Positions 52,303-64,000 of a DNA stretch of 64,000 nt are shown here, piece after piece. The notes below the pieces were generated by a model. The model was not told where the DNA came from and ran no database searches. It saw only the letters and a program-made list of their open reading frames with translations. Source of the DNA: Octopus sinensis. Its lineage: Eukaryota. The position numbers were made by a program, and so were the translations under genes. Each line of letters opens with the position of its first letter. Position 1 is the stretch's first letter. The DNA is taken from positions 38,130,001 to 38,194,000 of the forward strand of contig NC_043005.1 in the NCBI RefSeq assembly GCF_006345805.1. Direction: 5' to 3'.

Positions 52303-52399
52303 TAAATATATATATATGTATGCATGCATATATATCTATGTGTATCTATCTATCTATCTATATATATATATGTATATATATATATATGCATATATATAC

Positions 52400-53056
52400 T
52401 CAGCTGGTAGTCAGAAATAAGGTAAAGGATGACACGTCTGAGAAAATAACATTCTTCCACTGCTTTAGAGACCAATTCTGTAGGTTTTTACTCCACTCTA
52501 AAAGCTTTGCAATGTTTGTTTTTGAAAGTAGTGGTTTTCTGATTGCAACCCTCCTGTGAAATCCAGCTTTGTGCTGCTCTCAGTGAACAGTTTTTGTGGA
52601 AACTGGGTTCTCAAGGTGGTTATTAAGCTCTGCAGTAATTTTAGGAGCTGTATTTTTGAGATCTTTCCTAACAATTCACGTAAGAGTCCACTGGTCCCCA
52701 TCTGAAAGTTTTGGTTTACTTCCAGAGTTTTGTTTCAACCAGGAGGTTTTTGCTTCTTTCTCAAAGGCTATCATTACTTTCGATACACCAAATATTTCGG
52801 TTTTATTGTTACACCAGTCCTGTCACATGAACAGCAACAATTTGACCTCTTTGAAAGTGTGATTGATCTGTCATTTTAATGAAGTTTAATTACCTTTTTA
52901 CTGATGATATCTGAAAAGAAACAGCAATTTTAGCAAAACATATTAAGTAACACAAACTATAAATCAAAAAAACATAAAAATAAACACGCTTTTGATGGTT
53001 TTATAGATATTTTCAAATTATGATGCTAGTTGTTTCCATTATTTTGTCCAACCCCA

Positions 53057-53058
<2 letters not shown>
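52400..53058 (-). mobile_element. Tc1 transposon 5' half (DNA-binding region)
   Basis: TIR TACTGGGGTTGGACAAAATAATGGAAACA on minus; translation TAPKITAELNNHLENPVSTKTVH*EQHKAGFHRRVAIRKPLLSKTNIAK. Confidence 0.8.
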
Positions 53059-53098
<40 letters not shown>

Positions 53099-56000
53099 AT
53101 ATATATATGTATATATTTATGTATGTTTAGATATTTGGATATATATATATGTATATATATTATATATATCAGTAGATCAATACTAGTCTAATGCTCTGGC
53201 TGCTAGGAGATGGTAGGGGTTCGCTCCCTTGCTCAGAATGTCATTGGATGTAGCTGTGCATATTTAACCAGCAGTGCATCGTTAAAAAGCAGTGGAGTCT
53301 GATTGAACATACAGTCATGTTAAAGTGGTTACGAATATTACTTGTCACTACAACTATCGTGTTGATCTTTTAGAGAGATTTTAGATCTAGAATTTTTGCT
53401 TGTTGCAAAATCAGTGACTGTGTGTTCTCTTGAAATTTATATGTTGCTTGCAGAAGCGAATGACCCGTCCTTGTTTTCTTTGTATTGTCTATCTGGATGT
53501 TTTGTTGTCCCATTTTTATATCACCTAACTGTCCAGATGTTTTGCGTTCTTGACCCATTTTGAGAGAACCTAGAACCATGTGGTTTGGAAGCAACCTTCT
53601 TACCACACAGCCGCTTTTTTCTTTATTTTTTAAGTATCGTTTATCTTTTACTTGTTTCAGTCATTGTGTTCAAGCCATGCTAGAACATGGTCTTGAAGGG
53701 TTTAGTCAAACAAATTCATGTGGTACTTATTGTTTAAGATTGCTGAACAGCTAAGTTATGGGGAAACAGAACCAAACCAACACCTGTTATCAAACAGTTG
53801 GATGCACACATACACACACTCACACACACTCATACACACACACACACACACATATATATGTATAAATGATAGGCTTTCACACAGTTCTACACACACAAGG
53901 CATTAGCTGGCTGGGGACTATAATAGATGCTTGCCCAAGGTGCCATGCTGTAGGATTAAACCCAAAACCATCTTTTAGTTGCAAAAGGTTGCAAAGTCAG
54001 CTTCTTAACCATGCAGCCATGGTTACTCATAATGTAAATATCTGATATTGCTCATGTTGATAATTCTTAAAATTCTATTTCCTGCTATATAAAATAATGT
54101 AAATAATATATATTATATATAAATATATGCATATATACATACATGTGTGTTTGTATATATGCATATATTTATATATTATTTATATTATTATATGATCAAA
54201 TGCCACGCATCCTTTTCCAAGTAAGTTTTATCTATCTATATATATATATATACACACACACACACATATATGCATGCATGTGTATGTGTGTATGTATCTT
54301 CTTTATTCTGTCCTCTGTATATCACTTGTTTATTGCTTCGATACTATTGAGAATTTTACACTTAGTTTTTCTAACATTATCAAGAATCTGTATTTCATGT
54401 TAGTTGTCTATCACTTCATAGTAATTGTGATATAATGTGCAGATATGTGATCTACTTCTGATAGCATATTCAATTACTACTATTTTCAATTCTTGTTTAA
54501 TTGGTTAGATGGTACAAACAGAAAACTGTCACGCAAACACACTCACATGTAGACACACTTACATACATCTCTGCACACACTTTCATGGAGGCATTGGAAA
54601 TCAAAACAAATTGCCTAAAATTTCTATTTTTAAAGTGTTTATTTTTACTAACTACCAAAGTCCAGCTGTATGATTTAGAAGTTTACTTCTTAACAAGATG
54701 TTCTAGTGTCTGCTACTATTGCCCCACAAAGGAATTTGTAAACAGACACTGATGGAAGCTTTGTTTTACACAGGCATACACACACATGTGTGAACATATG
54801 TATGTATGTGAATTGGTGTCTGCTTGTCTTCACATCACATGAGTGTTGTAAATGCATGTCAATGTCAGTCAAGCAGTGACATTCGTTTCAAATATTATTC
54901 TGCAAGAACATATCTGGTCATGGTGGAACTGTTATCTTGCTTGGAGAGAGGTGAGGAGTGGGCAACAGGACAAGCAACTGACCATAATAAAACCCATCCT
55001 ACCCATGCAAACAAGAGAAAAGTGAACATTAAAACATTGATGATGATGATGATGATGAAGAAGAAGAACTATGCAGTTTTATAAATATGAAGTCTATACA
55101 TGAAGATCAAAATCGATTTATCCAGATTCCATGAAACCTTATTTAAACAGTATTTTAATATAGTGTTCAAATTACTGATGAATATCTACAAACAATTTGA
55201 CTTTTCTTCATTAAAGTTAAGGAAGTTCATTGGAGGGGACATTAACCCGAGAATTATTGATTTTTGATTACTGGTGTATATTTCTTTGATTTGGATACAG
55301 GAATAGGTAAAATGCTGCAATTTCAGCTCAGAAATTACAGGAAAAAGAAAAATATATTTTATAAATCTTCTTGTTTAGTGCTTAAGCATTACAGCAGTTT
55401 TACTCATGTTTTTCTGCTATTTACATTAAAATATATGTATAGTTGTCATTTATGTGCATTAATAAATAAACCATTGAGGAAATCAACATATTTTTCATTA
55501 AAAAAAGTTGAAAATATTAACAGTAAAAAATTTTGTCATTTCTAATCATTGAACATTTTCTATGCAGATTCTACCTTCAGTGTTTAAATTTCGTGTTTAT
55601 ATTTTAGTGAGGAACTAATTACAGAATTTGTGAGAAAAATCTTCATTTGATTTTTTCATTTTCTGTTACAGTTCAAAACAAAATCTTTAACAAGTATCAA
55701 ACTAATTATTTTAGAGATCCAATTAGGCTTCTTTCACATATTTATGTATATATATATTAGTTGCTCAAAAGAGAACTGTTTTAAGATTCATTAAATCAAT
55801 GTCAGAGGCATTAATTTAAATATTAATAACCAAATAATATTATTGAATATTATATTAATGGATATTAATTTAGTTAAATTTTTCAAAAGTTATTAGTTGT
55901 ATCCATTTATGTTTCAGAGAATATGAAACAATAAAGAAAATATATTGAAATTAAATGAGAAGAGAATGAATAGAACTGATGTTATGTCAACAGTCATATA

Positions 56001-56429
56001 AAACGAATAATAATTATCTAATTTAAATATTCTCCTGTCATTTGCATACTAGAACCAAAACACATGCGCACACACACACACATGAAAGTGTATATATCAT
56101 CATTGTTTTACCATCCACTTTTCCATGCTTGCATGGGTTGGAAGAAGATTTTCAACATGTGAGTAGCCATGTGGCCCCTCTACTTTAAGAAACCTACCCT
56201 ACTCTCATAATTTAACCCCTTACCTCTTACTATAAAACCGTCTTTCTCATGGTAATCTCACTAGTTCTAGTGTGCAAGCTGAAAAGTGGTTGGCATTAGG
56301 AAGGGCATCCAGCCATAGAGACCATGGTAAGCGGACAGTGAAGCATGATGCAGTCTTTGGATTTGCTGGATCATGTTAAACAATCAAAACCATATCATCA
56401 TTAAATATTAAATGAGATACATGCACACA

Positions 56430-56488
<59 letters not shown>

Positions 56489-56789
56489 CTATATCTTCCC
56501 GAGTGTTCCTAAATACTCCTCTATCACAGATACCATCCATGTCAAGTGCTTGGCATTCCTTTATCTTACGTAACTTCAAATGCATGCCTGTACCACCCTA
56601 GTCTTCTCTATTGCATTCTACATCTGATTACTCTTACATCCAGCTTTTTGCACAGCTCATTTTGCTCTAGAATTAATGCACACCGACATTACATATCCAG
56701 CAGAGAACACTCACTTCATTTCTTTCTAGCCAATGCAAATCTTAAACATTCAAAATCTATATAACACTACCATGCAACAGAACAGTTCA

Positions 56790-57180
56790 TACATGGCTGT
56801 GCTCCTTTACATTTTCCCAAACATTTACTCCAGAATTCGAATATCTCTTGTTCTGTGAGGACTTCTATTTTGACGGTCCTCTTCTAATGTATCTATAGAA
56901 TTTCTTTGGGTTATTTTTGAACATGCTGTCATCTTTGAAGAACTTAGATCGTTTTCCAAAGCAATGTATGTGCACAGATTTGCCCTGCACTTTTTGTCTT
57001 ATCTTCTCCATTATTTCAGCATACTGGTGTTCAATATTTTACATAATACTTTCTCGTAGGTGGTTTTTATATTATGACTATTGCTCAAGATATTTAGTGT
57101 TTCTTTATTAGATCAAAGAGCATCAATTTGTTTCTCAGTTTTTTCTTGCCACATTGGTCTTTTATGAAGATTTCCCACTA
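56790..57180 (-). mobile_element. R4/Dong-like LINE N-terminal-region fragment
   Basis: Minus strand EKIRQKVQGKSVHIHCFGKRSKFFKDDSMFKNNPKKFYR; adjacent to (ATT)n at 57184-57213. Confidence 0.55.
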
Positions 57181-57182
57181 TA

Positions 57183-57213
<31 letters not shown>

Positions 57214-57239
57214 GAAATCATATTGTTATCTACATCTTT

Positions 57240-57910
57240 ATTATCAGCAGTTATTAGTATTTACTTTCAGTTTCAATTTGTATTAAAAAGCCTTTATAAA
57301 ATGTTCTTTTGCCTTCTGCAATTGTTTGTCACAACTTATTTTTTAAGTGGAAATATTCAAAAATCTTTCAATTGCACAATTGTTATGAGGTTCACTACTT
57401 GGAGTTTTGTTAAGAGATGGAGATGCATCCATGATCCATTGTGGATGTGCCCTGTCTCAGCCCATTATGTATAGTTCTCGTTGCATTACTGGAATGTAAT
57501 GTGGTAACTTAAATTTTTTGATTTGCAATTCATATTTGCATTAACTTTGAACTCCTTTCCATTTTTCCAATTTTATAATTTCACTGCATTCAGTAATAGG
57601 AAATGTCCAACAATGAGGTTTTTCACATTTTATTACTTGCATAATTTATTCCAATGTAAATCTGACATTTCTTTAAGAGTCTTTTAAGATTAGATGGTTA
57701 TTTCTAACTGTTAATAATCTATGACTTTTTAATAATTTCATTCAGATTTGATGACAGGAGTAGGATCTCAGAAAATATTATTTTGCAGAATCTAATATAA
57801 CTGATTACAGTATTAAATGGAATATTTCATTTTGTATGGGATGGATGGCAAGATCTAAAGTCTAAGTACTGGAGTGTATCCATTTCTTTACAGTGGAGAT
57901 AAGGCATAAT
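57240..57910 (-). mobile_element. Penelope-like element 3' portion (RT C-terminus plus GIY-YIG), decayed
   Basis: KEMDTLQYLDFRSCHPSHTK*NIPFN (PLE RT thumb motif) and GKEFKVNANMNCKSKNLSYHITFQ*CNENY...KEHFIKAF (GIY-YIG). Confidence 0.8.
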
Positions 57911-57959
57911 AATTTCAGCTTCCTTAAATAAAGGCATTTCCAAAAATAAGAGTTGCCTT

Positions 57960-58390
57960 TCACTCAGTGGAATTGATTTTATCGAACACAATGAAATTCT
58001 AAAATTCAAGAATAAAGCTGAACTCAAAGTTAATGCAAATACGAAGAGCAAATCAAAAAATTTAATTCATTGCATTACATTCCGGCAATGCAATGAGAAA
58101 TATAGAAATCTGGCAAGGACAAAATTAATGAATTGGGTCTCAGTACATCAACAGCAAATCGGGGATCCAGCAGTTAGGTATAGAGAACATCTTGACATTT
58201 GAAGAAACAAGAGAATGTATACTTCTTATTCAAAATAACAGAACAGAAACATTTTGTAATGATTTTCAATCTGGAACTAAATCTGAAATAAACAGTAAGA
58301 TTCATCATTATCAAATAAAGTTACTATGACATTAACATCGTAGATAACTGTCATTAACATACCACGTGACTATTAGAAAAGGCACTGACC
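57960..58390 (+). mobile_element. Inverted second copy of the Penelope GIY-YIG/3' region
   Basis: ELKVNANTKSKSKNLIHCITFRQCNEKY...VHQQQI...EQKHFVMIFNLELN; nucleotide reverse complement of ~57470-57600. Confidence 0.75.
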
Positions 58391-58479
58391 ATTTTCCTCA
58401 TACCATGATCATCAGGACTGTGCCAAGCAGCTTCAATAACTTTTCTCATTTTTAAATATTTTTACATTTTTAAATATAT

Positions 58480-58953
58480 CATGACTCTGTTCCCCTGCTT
58501 GTGTAGCATGGTGCCAGACATAGTCTTCCAGCAATTACTCTCTTGACCTAGGGAAGCACTACCTCCTCCAACCATTTGATGTAGTTTCTGTGTTGAGTCT
58601 GGGGCCATGTAGGAAGATGAATTGAGGTATAACATTGCCATCACTAGTGATCACTCGAAATACCATGATGTTGACTGGATGTTTGATTTTTATCACTCTT
58701 GGTACATGTTCTCAGATTGCACTACCTTGAAATTGATACCCAAACACTCTGAAATGTTCATAATGGAGTTTCTGGCACAAATGCCAAGCAGTACAGCATG
58801 CCGTTTCCAAATTTCTGGCAGAGTGAATTGCATCATGGTGATGTTTTTCTCACAGACAATGCTTCTATATTGTGTAGTCAACAAAATCAGAAACAATTTG
58901 CATACATGAAATTAAAAGTTTTAAATGATGACAATTTACTCATCTCACCCTGT
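58480..58953 (-). mobile_element. Second deleted copy of the maT family seen at 51622-52302
   Basis: Shared AGTCAACAAAAT..GAAA and GACAATTTAC.CATC termini; MMQFTLPEIWKRHAVLLGI N-terminus; HPVNIMVFRVITSDG. Confidence 0.75.
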
Positions 58954-58964
58954 GTGTGTGTGGG

Positions 58965-59002
<38 letters not shown>

Positions 59003-60153
59003 TGCATGTAATTATAGATGCATACATATAAATACATGCGCACACACACACACACACATATATATCAACATACAATACAGACATATATATATGTATTTAT
59101 ACATATATAAATACATATACATGCATAAAAATATACACACACAGAGTCATATATATATGCGTATTTTTATACACACATGCATACTTGGCACAAAGCCACC
59201 TCAATCAATACTGTATGCCATTCATTCAAGAGATCTTTTGTGAGTTATTTGGTAACCTCACTGATAATGGTTTCTTGGTAAAAGCACCCAATGACTAGTG
59301 TTAGTAAGGGCGTCCAGCTGTAGAAACTATGCTTAAGCTCTCAATGGGACCCAACACAATCATCTGGCTTGTCAGATTCTGTTGAACCATCTAACCAATG
59401 TCAGCATCAAAGACAGACATTGAATGATGACAATGGTATATCTATAGGAGAGAGTGCTAGGATCTGTGGGGAATGGATTATGCATATTGGGCTAAAATAA
59501 AAAAAAAGCTTCCAGTAGATTATGGAGACCAAACATGATAGAGGTACGTCTCAAATGAAAACTGAAATGAAATAGAGATGAAATAGTAAACCTGTGCATT
59601 ATTGTCTGTTCGGATGAGATGAAAAGGAGTGGGTAGTGTTGAGATGAATATAATAATTTGTTATTGTAGGTCTATGCAAACCAGAACAGCAAGGGAAATG
59701 AAACATTCATATGGTAATGATGATGATGGTGAAAGTGAGAATAATAATGAATGTGTGTGTATGCATGTGTATGTGTGTGCATTTGTACACCTACATATAT
59801 ATATGTCTGTATTGTATGATCACACATAGCTTTCACTGTACTTTACTAACATAACTATGTACAGCTGCTTCATTTCCATTCGCATATATTGTTTAGCAAA
59901 CAATGAATTGCAACAGAGCAGCATTGGATAAACGCTTCTTTGCTAAAATGTTATAAAAGATAATATCTTTACCACACAACAACTTAATTCTATTATATTT
60001 CTAACTGGTTCCTGATATTTATCATACATTTGCATTTTTATTTTAGTTATCTATTTGTTTGTTTATTTATTTTGTATTTCTTTTTAGATTATAACGATAA
60101 GATATTCAACCATAGAAAATTATTTTTAATTCCTTGTTTGAAAGTATATATTT

Positions 60154-60197
<44 letters not shown>

Positions 60198-60201
<4 letters not shown>

Positions 60202-60287
60202 ATACACACACACACCCACACACCCACATTCATACTTATTCATACGTATATATATATATCCACTCTTATACACATACATGAACGTGC

Positions 60288-60318
<31 letters not shown>

Positions 60319-60652
60319 TGTATGTATGTATAAATAGATATATAGATAGACAGATAGATAGCGATATAAAAACACATAAATATGCAAGTGCTTGTGTGGG
60401 TCTGTAATGTATACTTTATGCTTGCATTAATCTTTGTGTGTAAGACAGTATGTTTCATACATAAATATATGAATATGTGAGTGTGTGTGTGTGTGTATGT
60501 GTCTACACATAATTTACATGACCGTTACCGTATAAATTTGTATATCGTATTCTGCATATTTACATGTTTTTGTGCACATTTGTGCATCTCAACTTATAGC
60601 TCCTTATGTACCAGTGTGTCCAACATATGCATATACATACATACATACATAA

Positions 60653-60704
<52 letters not shown>

Positions 60705-60790
60705 ATACACACACACACCCACACACCCACATTCATACTTATTCATACGTATATATATATATCCACTCTTATACACATACATGAACGTGC

Positions 60791-60821
<31 letters not shown>

Positions 60822-61155
60822 TGTATGTATGTATAAATAGATATATAGATAGACAGATAGATAGCGATATAAAAACACATAAATATGCAAGTGCTTGTGT
60901 GGGTCTGTAATGTATACTTTATGCTTGCATTAATCTTTGTGTGTAAGACAGTATGTTTCATACATAAATATATGAATATGTGAGTGTGTGTGTGTGTGTA
61001 TGTGTCTACACATAATTTACATGACCGTTACCGTATAAATTTGTATATCGTATTCTGCATATTTACATGTTTTTGTGCACATTTGTGCATCTCAACTTAT
61101 AGCTCCTTATGTACCAGTGTGTCCAACATATGCATATACATACATACATACATAA

Positions 61156-61190
<35 letters not shown>
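60198..61190 (+). repeat. Near-identical 503-bp tandem duplication bounded by (TA)n
   Basis: AGTCATACACACACACCCACACACCCACATTC starts at 60198 and at 60701; duplicated ORFs 60240-60458 and 60743-60961 are identical in the track. Confidence 0.95.
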
Positions 61191-61194
<4 letters not shown>

Positions 61195-63087
61195 TAATGG
61201 CTGTATGGTTAAGAAGATTACTTTCCAATTTCCTGAGTTTTGTTTCAGTCTCACTGCATGGTACCTTATGCAAGTATCTTCTTTTTTAATGCCAGACAGA
61301 CCAAAGCATTGTAGATTTGGTGGATGGAAACAGAAAGGGTATATGTGTGCATTGTGCTTGTAAGTGGGTGTATATTTGTATCTTTGTGTCTGGTGATGGC
61401 TTTCTTTGAAACAGGTGAAGACGGTTGGTGACACGAAAGGCATGGTGGTATAACAATTCTTCAATAATATATGCTTGTAAGCCATGCAATTAATAATGAA
61501 AAGAAAGACACAAAATGAATGAATGAATGAATGGAAGCTCTCGTGATGAAAGCTTCCTCAAAAATAAGTAAATTTGCTGAGTCATAACTCAGTCCTCAAC
61601 AGCATAGAAAATAGGCATTAAAAAATAAAAAATAAATGACTTTCTACTAGAAGTAAATTCAGAAATATATAAAGAAAAGCTAAAAAAATTTTAAAGAAAG
61701 AAAATTTTTTTGTCTTCTTTTCCAGAAAATGTTAATGTAAATGAGAGGCATCATGTGTGAATTACTTGTATGATGGTTCTTGATTTCCTATAATAAATAT
61801 TTTAGAAGGAAACATATTAGTCTAGACTTCCCATTTGAAGAAAAGTTGGAGAAAGTTTGGAAGCAAAAAACACGTTTGTGGAATTAGATATATGATGTGT
61901 GAGTTAATTGTGTATCGTGATGTTGTTTAGAGAACACATTAGTTTGGTATATTAGTTTGAAATTTTCACTGATATTACTTTTTCTTAACTGACAACATGG
62001 TTATTAAAATGTCTTTAACTACTTATGTGACGACACATAACACTTCTTTACCAACAGCACCGACCAAATTAATGTCATCAGCCTAGTCTGGTAAAAGAGG
62101 CAGTTCAGCAAATTAGATAGAATATCCCAGACTAATACACTGCATGCTGGAATACAGCACAGTGAACTACATGTAATCAAACATATGAATGATAGTGTAT
62201 GCAGCAGCATGTTATAATTAGCTTGATAACACAGTAATTCATTCACAAGCTGTTGATTCGTTACCTTTTGTAACATAATTCTACATGACTAAACAGATTT
62301 CTCAGCAACAAAATCTTCCACTCATTACTGATTTCAAATTTTAACACAAGGCCTGTAATTTCGAGGGAGGGGTAACTCAATTACCTCAACCCCAGTGCTC
62401 AACTGGTACATATTTTATTGACCCCACAAAATGATGAAAAAAGTAAAGTTGATCTCTGTGAAATTTGAACTCAGAATGTAAAGATGGACGAAATGCCGCT
62501 AAGCATTTTGCCCAGCAAGCTAACAATTCTGCCAGCTCTTTGCCTTATAATCCCCCAGTCATTTATTAACAACAGAAATATGTTGAATACTGGTAAAGAT
62601 ATCAACATTGATAGCAACAATGTTCATATTGGTTGTCATCATCATCATCATTACTGTTTTAATTACCACTTTTCCATGCTTGCATGGGTTGGATGGGATT
62701 TCTTGAGGCAGATTTTTTTGCAGCCAGATGTACTTCCTGTTCAACCCTCATTTACTTCCAAGCAAGGTAATACTTCTTTATGGCTGGGCATAGCATGTTT
62801 AAAGGGAAGATTATATGTCAAATAGCATCACTTGTTTGAGAGTGACATTCATTTACTACTATCATGTGATGTAAAGACAGAGAAACATTCACACACACAT
62901 ACATGCACACTGATATATATATATACATACACAAATATAAATACATGCACAGATATATATATATATATCACCGTGATCACCGTAACTGACCAGGCTATCA
63001 GATGTTGCTACACGTCGCTGGTCACAATGCACTTCACATTGTTTTAGCCTTCAAATGATGCCACTCTGCTGGCTAAGTGACCAGGCC

Positions 63088-63134
<47 letters not shown>

Positions 63135-63829
63135 TAAGTATATACAGACACAGACACCACACACAATGAGTTTCTTTAAATTTCCCTCTATCAAATACTA
63201 CTCACAACGTTTGAAGCTATATTAGAAAACACTTGCCCAAGGTGCTGCTCTGTGGGACTGAACTTGAAGCTACATGACTAGGAAGTGAACCTCTTAACCA
63301 CAAAGTCATAATAGAAATGATGATCAAACTAACAGAAGTGACTGGTAGAGTCATTATTTGAGTGTTGGATAGAATGCCTTAATGTATTTGTTTTGATTCT
63401 CTATGCTCTGAGTTCAAATCACACCTAGGCCAACTTAGTAAAATATTGCAAAATATGAATGTTCATGGTGAGAACATCTTTGATCACAGGCTTGTTCATC
63501 AGAGCTGACCTAGGGTTAAACAACAACCACAACATAGATATCATCAACAAGACAGTAATACTATCATAATAATGGTTTCTGGTTTGGGCAAAAAGAGAAT
63601 AGTTTCAAGGGGAGGGGGTTAGTCAGTGCCATCAACCACAGTACTAGTAGACTCCTAATTTGTTTTATCGACCCCCACCTAAGTTGACTTTAGAAGGATT
63701 TGAACTCAGAACATAAAGAGGTGGAATATCAGAAAGCATTTTGTCGTTGTTCTAATGATTTGCCAACTTGCTTCCTTGTAAATATTATTGTAATAACAAT
63801 ATTCATCAACAGAAAAATTAATTACTACA

Positions 63830-64000
63830 ATCTTTGCTACCACCACCACAACCACTACCATCATAATTATTACAGTCACCACAACTATCATCATATCTAT
63901 CATCCCCCACAACCACTACCATCATATCTATCACCACCACCACAACTACCACAACCACTACTATCATAAATATCACCACCACTACAACCACAACTACCAC
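63830..64000. repeat. Degenerate (CAC/TAC/CAT)n trinucleotide repeat
   Basis: Direct reading; complementary (GGT/GGC)n at 29884-29945. Confidence 0.85.

Noticed and set aside
53340-53560. Possible further Penelope terminal repeat or hammerhead remnants (also 37350-37480)
   Set aside because: Catalytic core not recoverable from the sequence.
62019-62276. 85-aa Cys/Leu-rich minus-strand ORF in non-repetitive sequence
   Set aside because: No recognisable motif or convincing splice sites; length compatible with chance.

Overview
AT-rich, microsatellite-saturated eukaryotic DNA. The SINE, LINE and DNA-transposon repertoire looks like an octopus (coleoid cephalopod) genome, which is an inference from repeat families. 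Almost all ORFs in the track are translations of (TA)n/(CA)n/(ATT)n repeats. Only one convincing host exon is present: a 177-bp phase 1-1 Sushi/CCP-domain exon on + at 31235-31411, possibly followed by an in-frame short terminal exon at 32728-32813. The rest is intronic or intergenic and full of decayed transposable elements: an RTE-clade LINE, R4/Dong-like RLE LINE fragments in (TAA)n repeats, Penelope-like fragments (RT, GIY-YIG, minimal hammerhead-like motifs), Tc1 and maT/DD37D remnants, MITEs and many tRNA-derived SINEs. The most notable structures are a three-level nest at 39.8-41.35 kb (27-bp palindromic minisatellite, long-TIR TGT..ACA foldback element, TTAA piggyBac MITE), several long fold-backs including one ending about 130 bp upstream of the exon, and two candidate Penelope-type hammerhead ribozymes, one with a U3-A8 core variant. 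I see no intact autonomous element and no evidence for a new multi-gene system.
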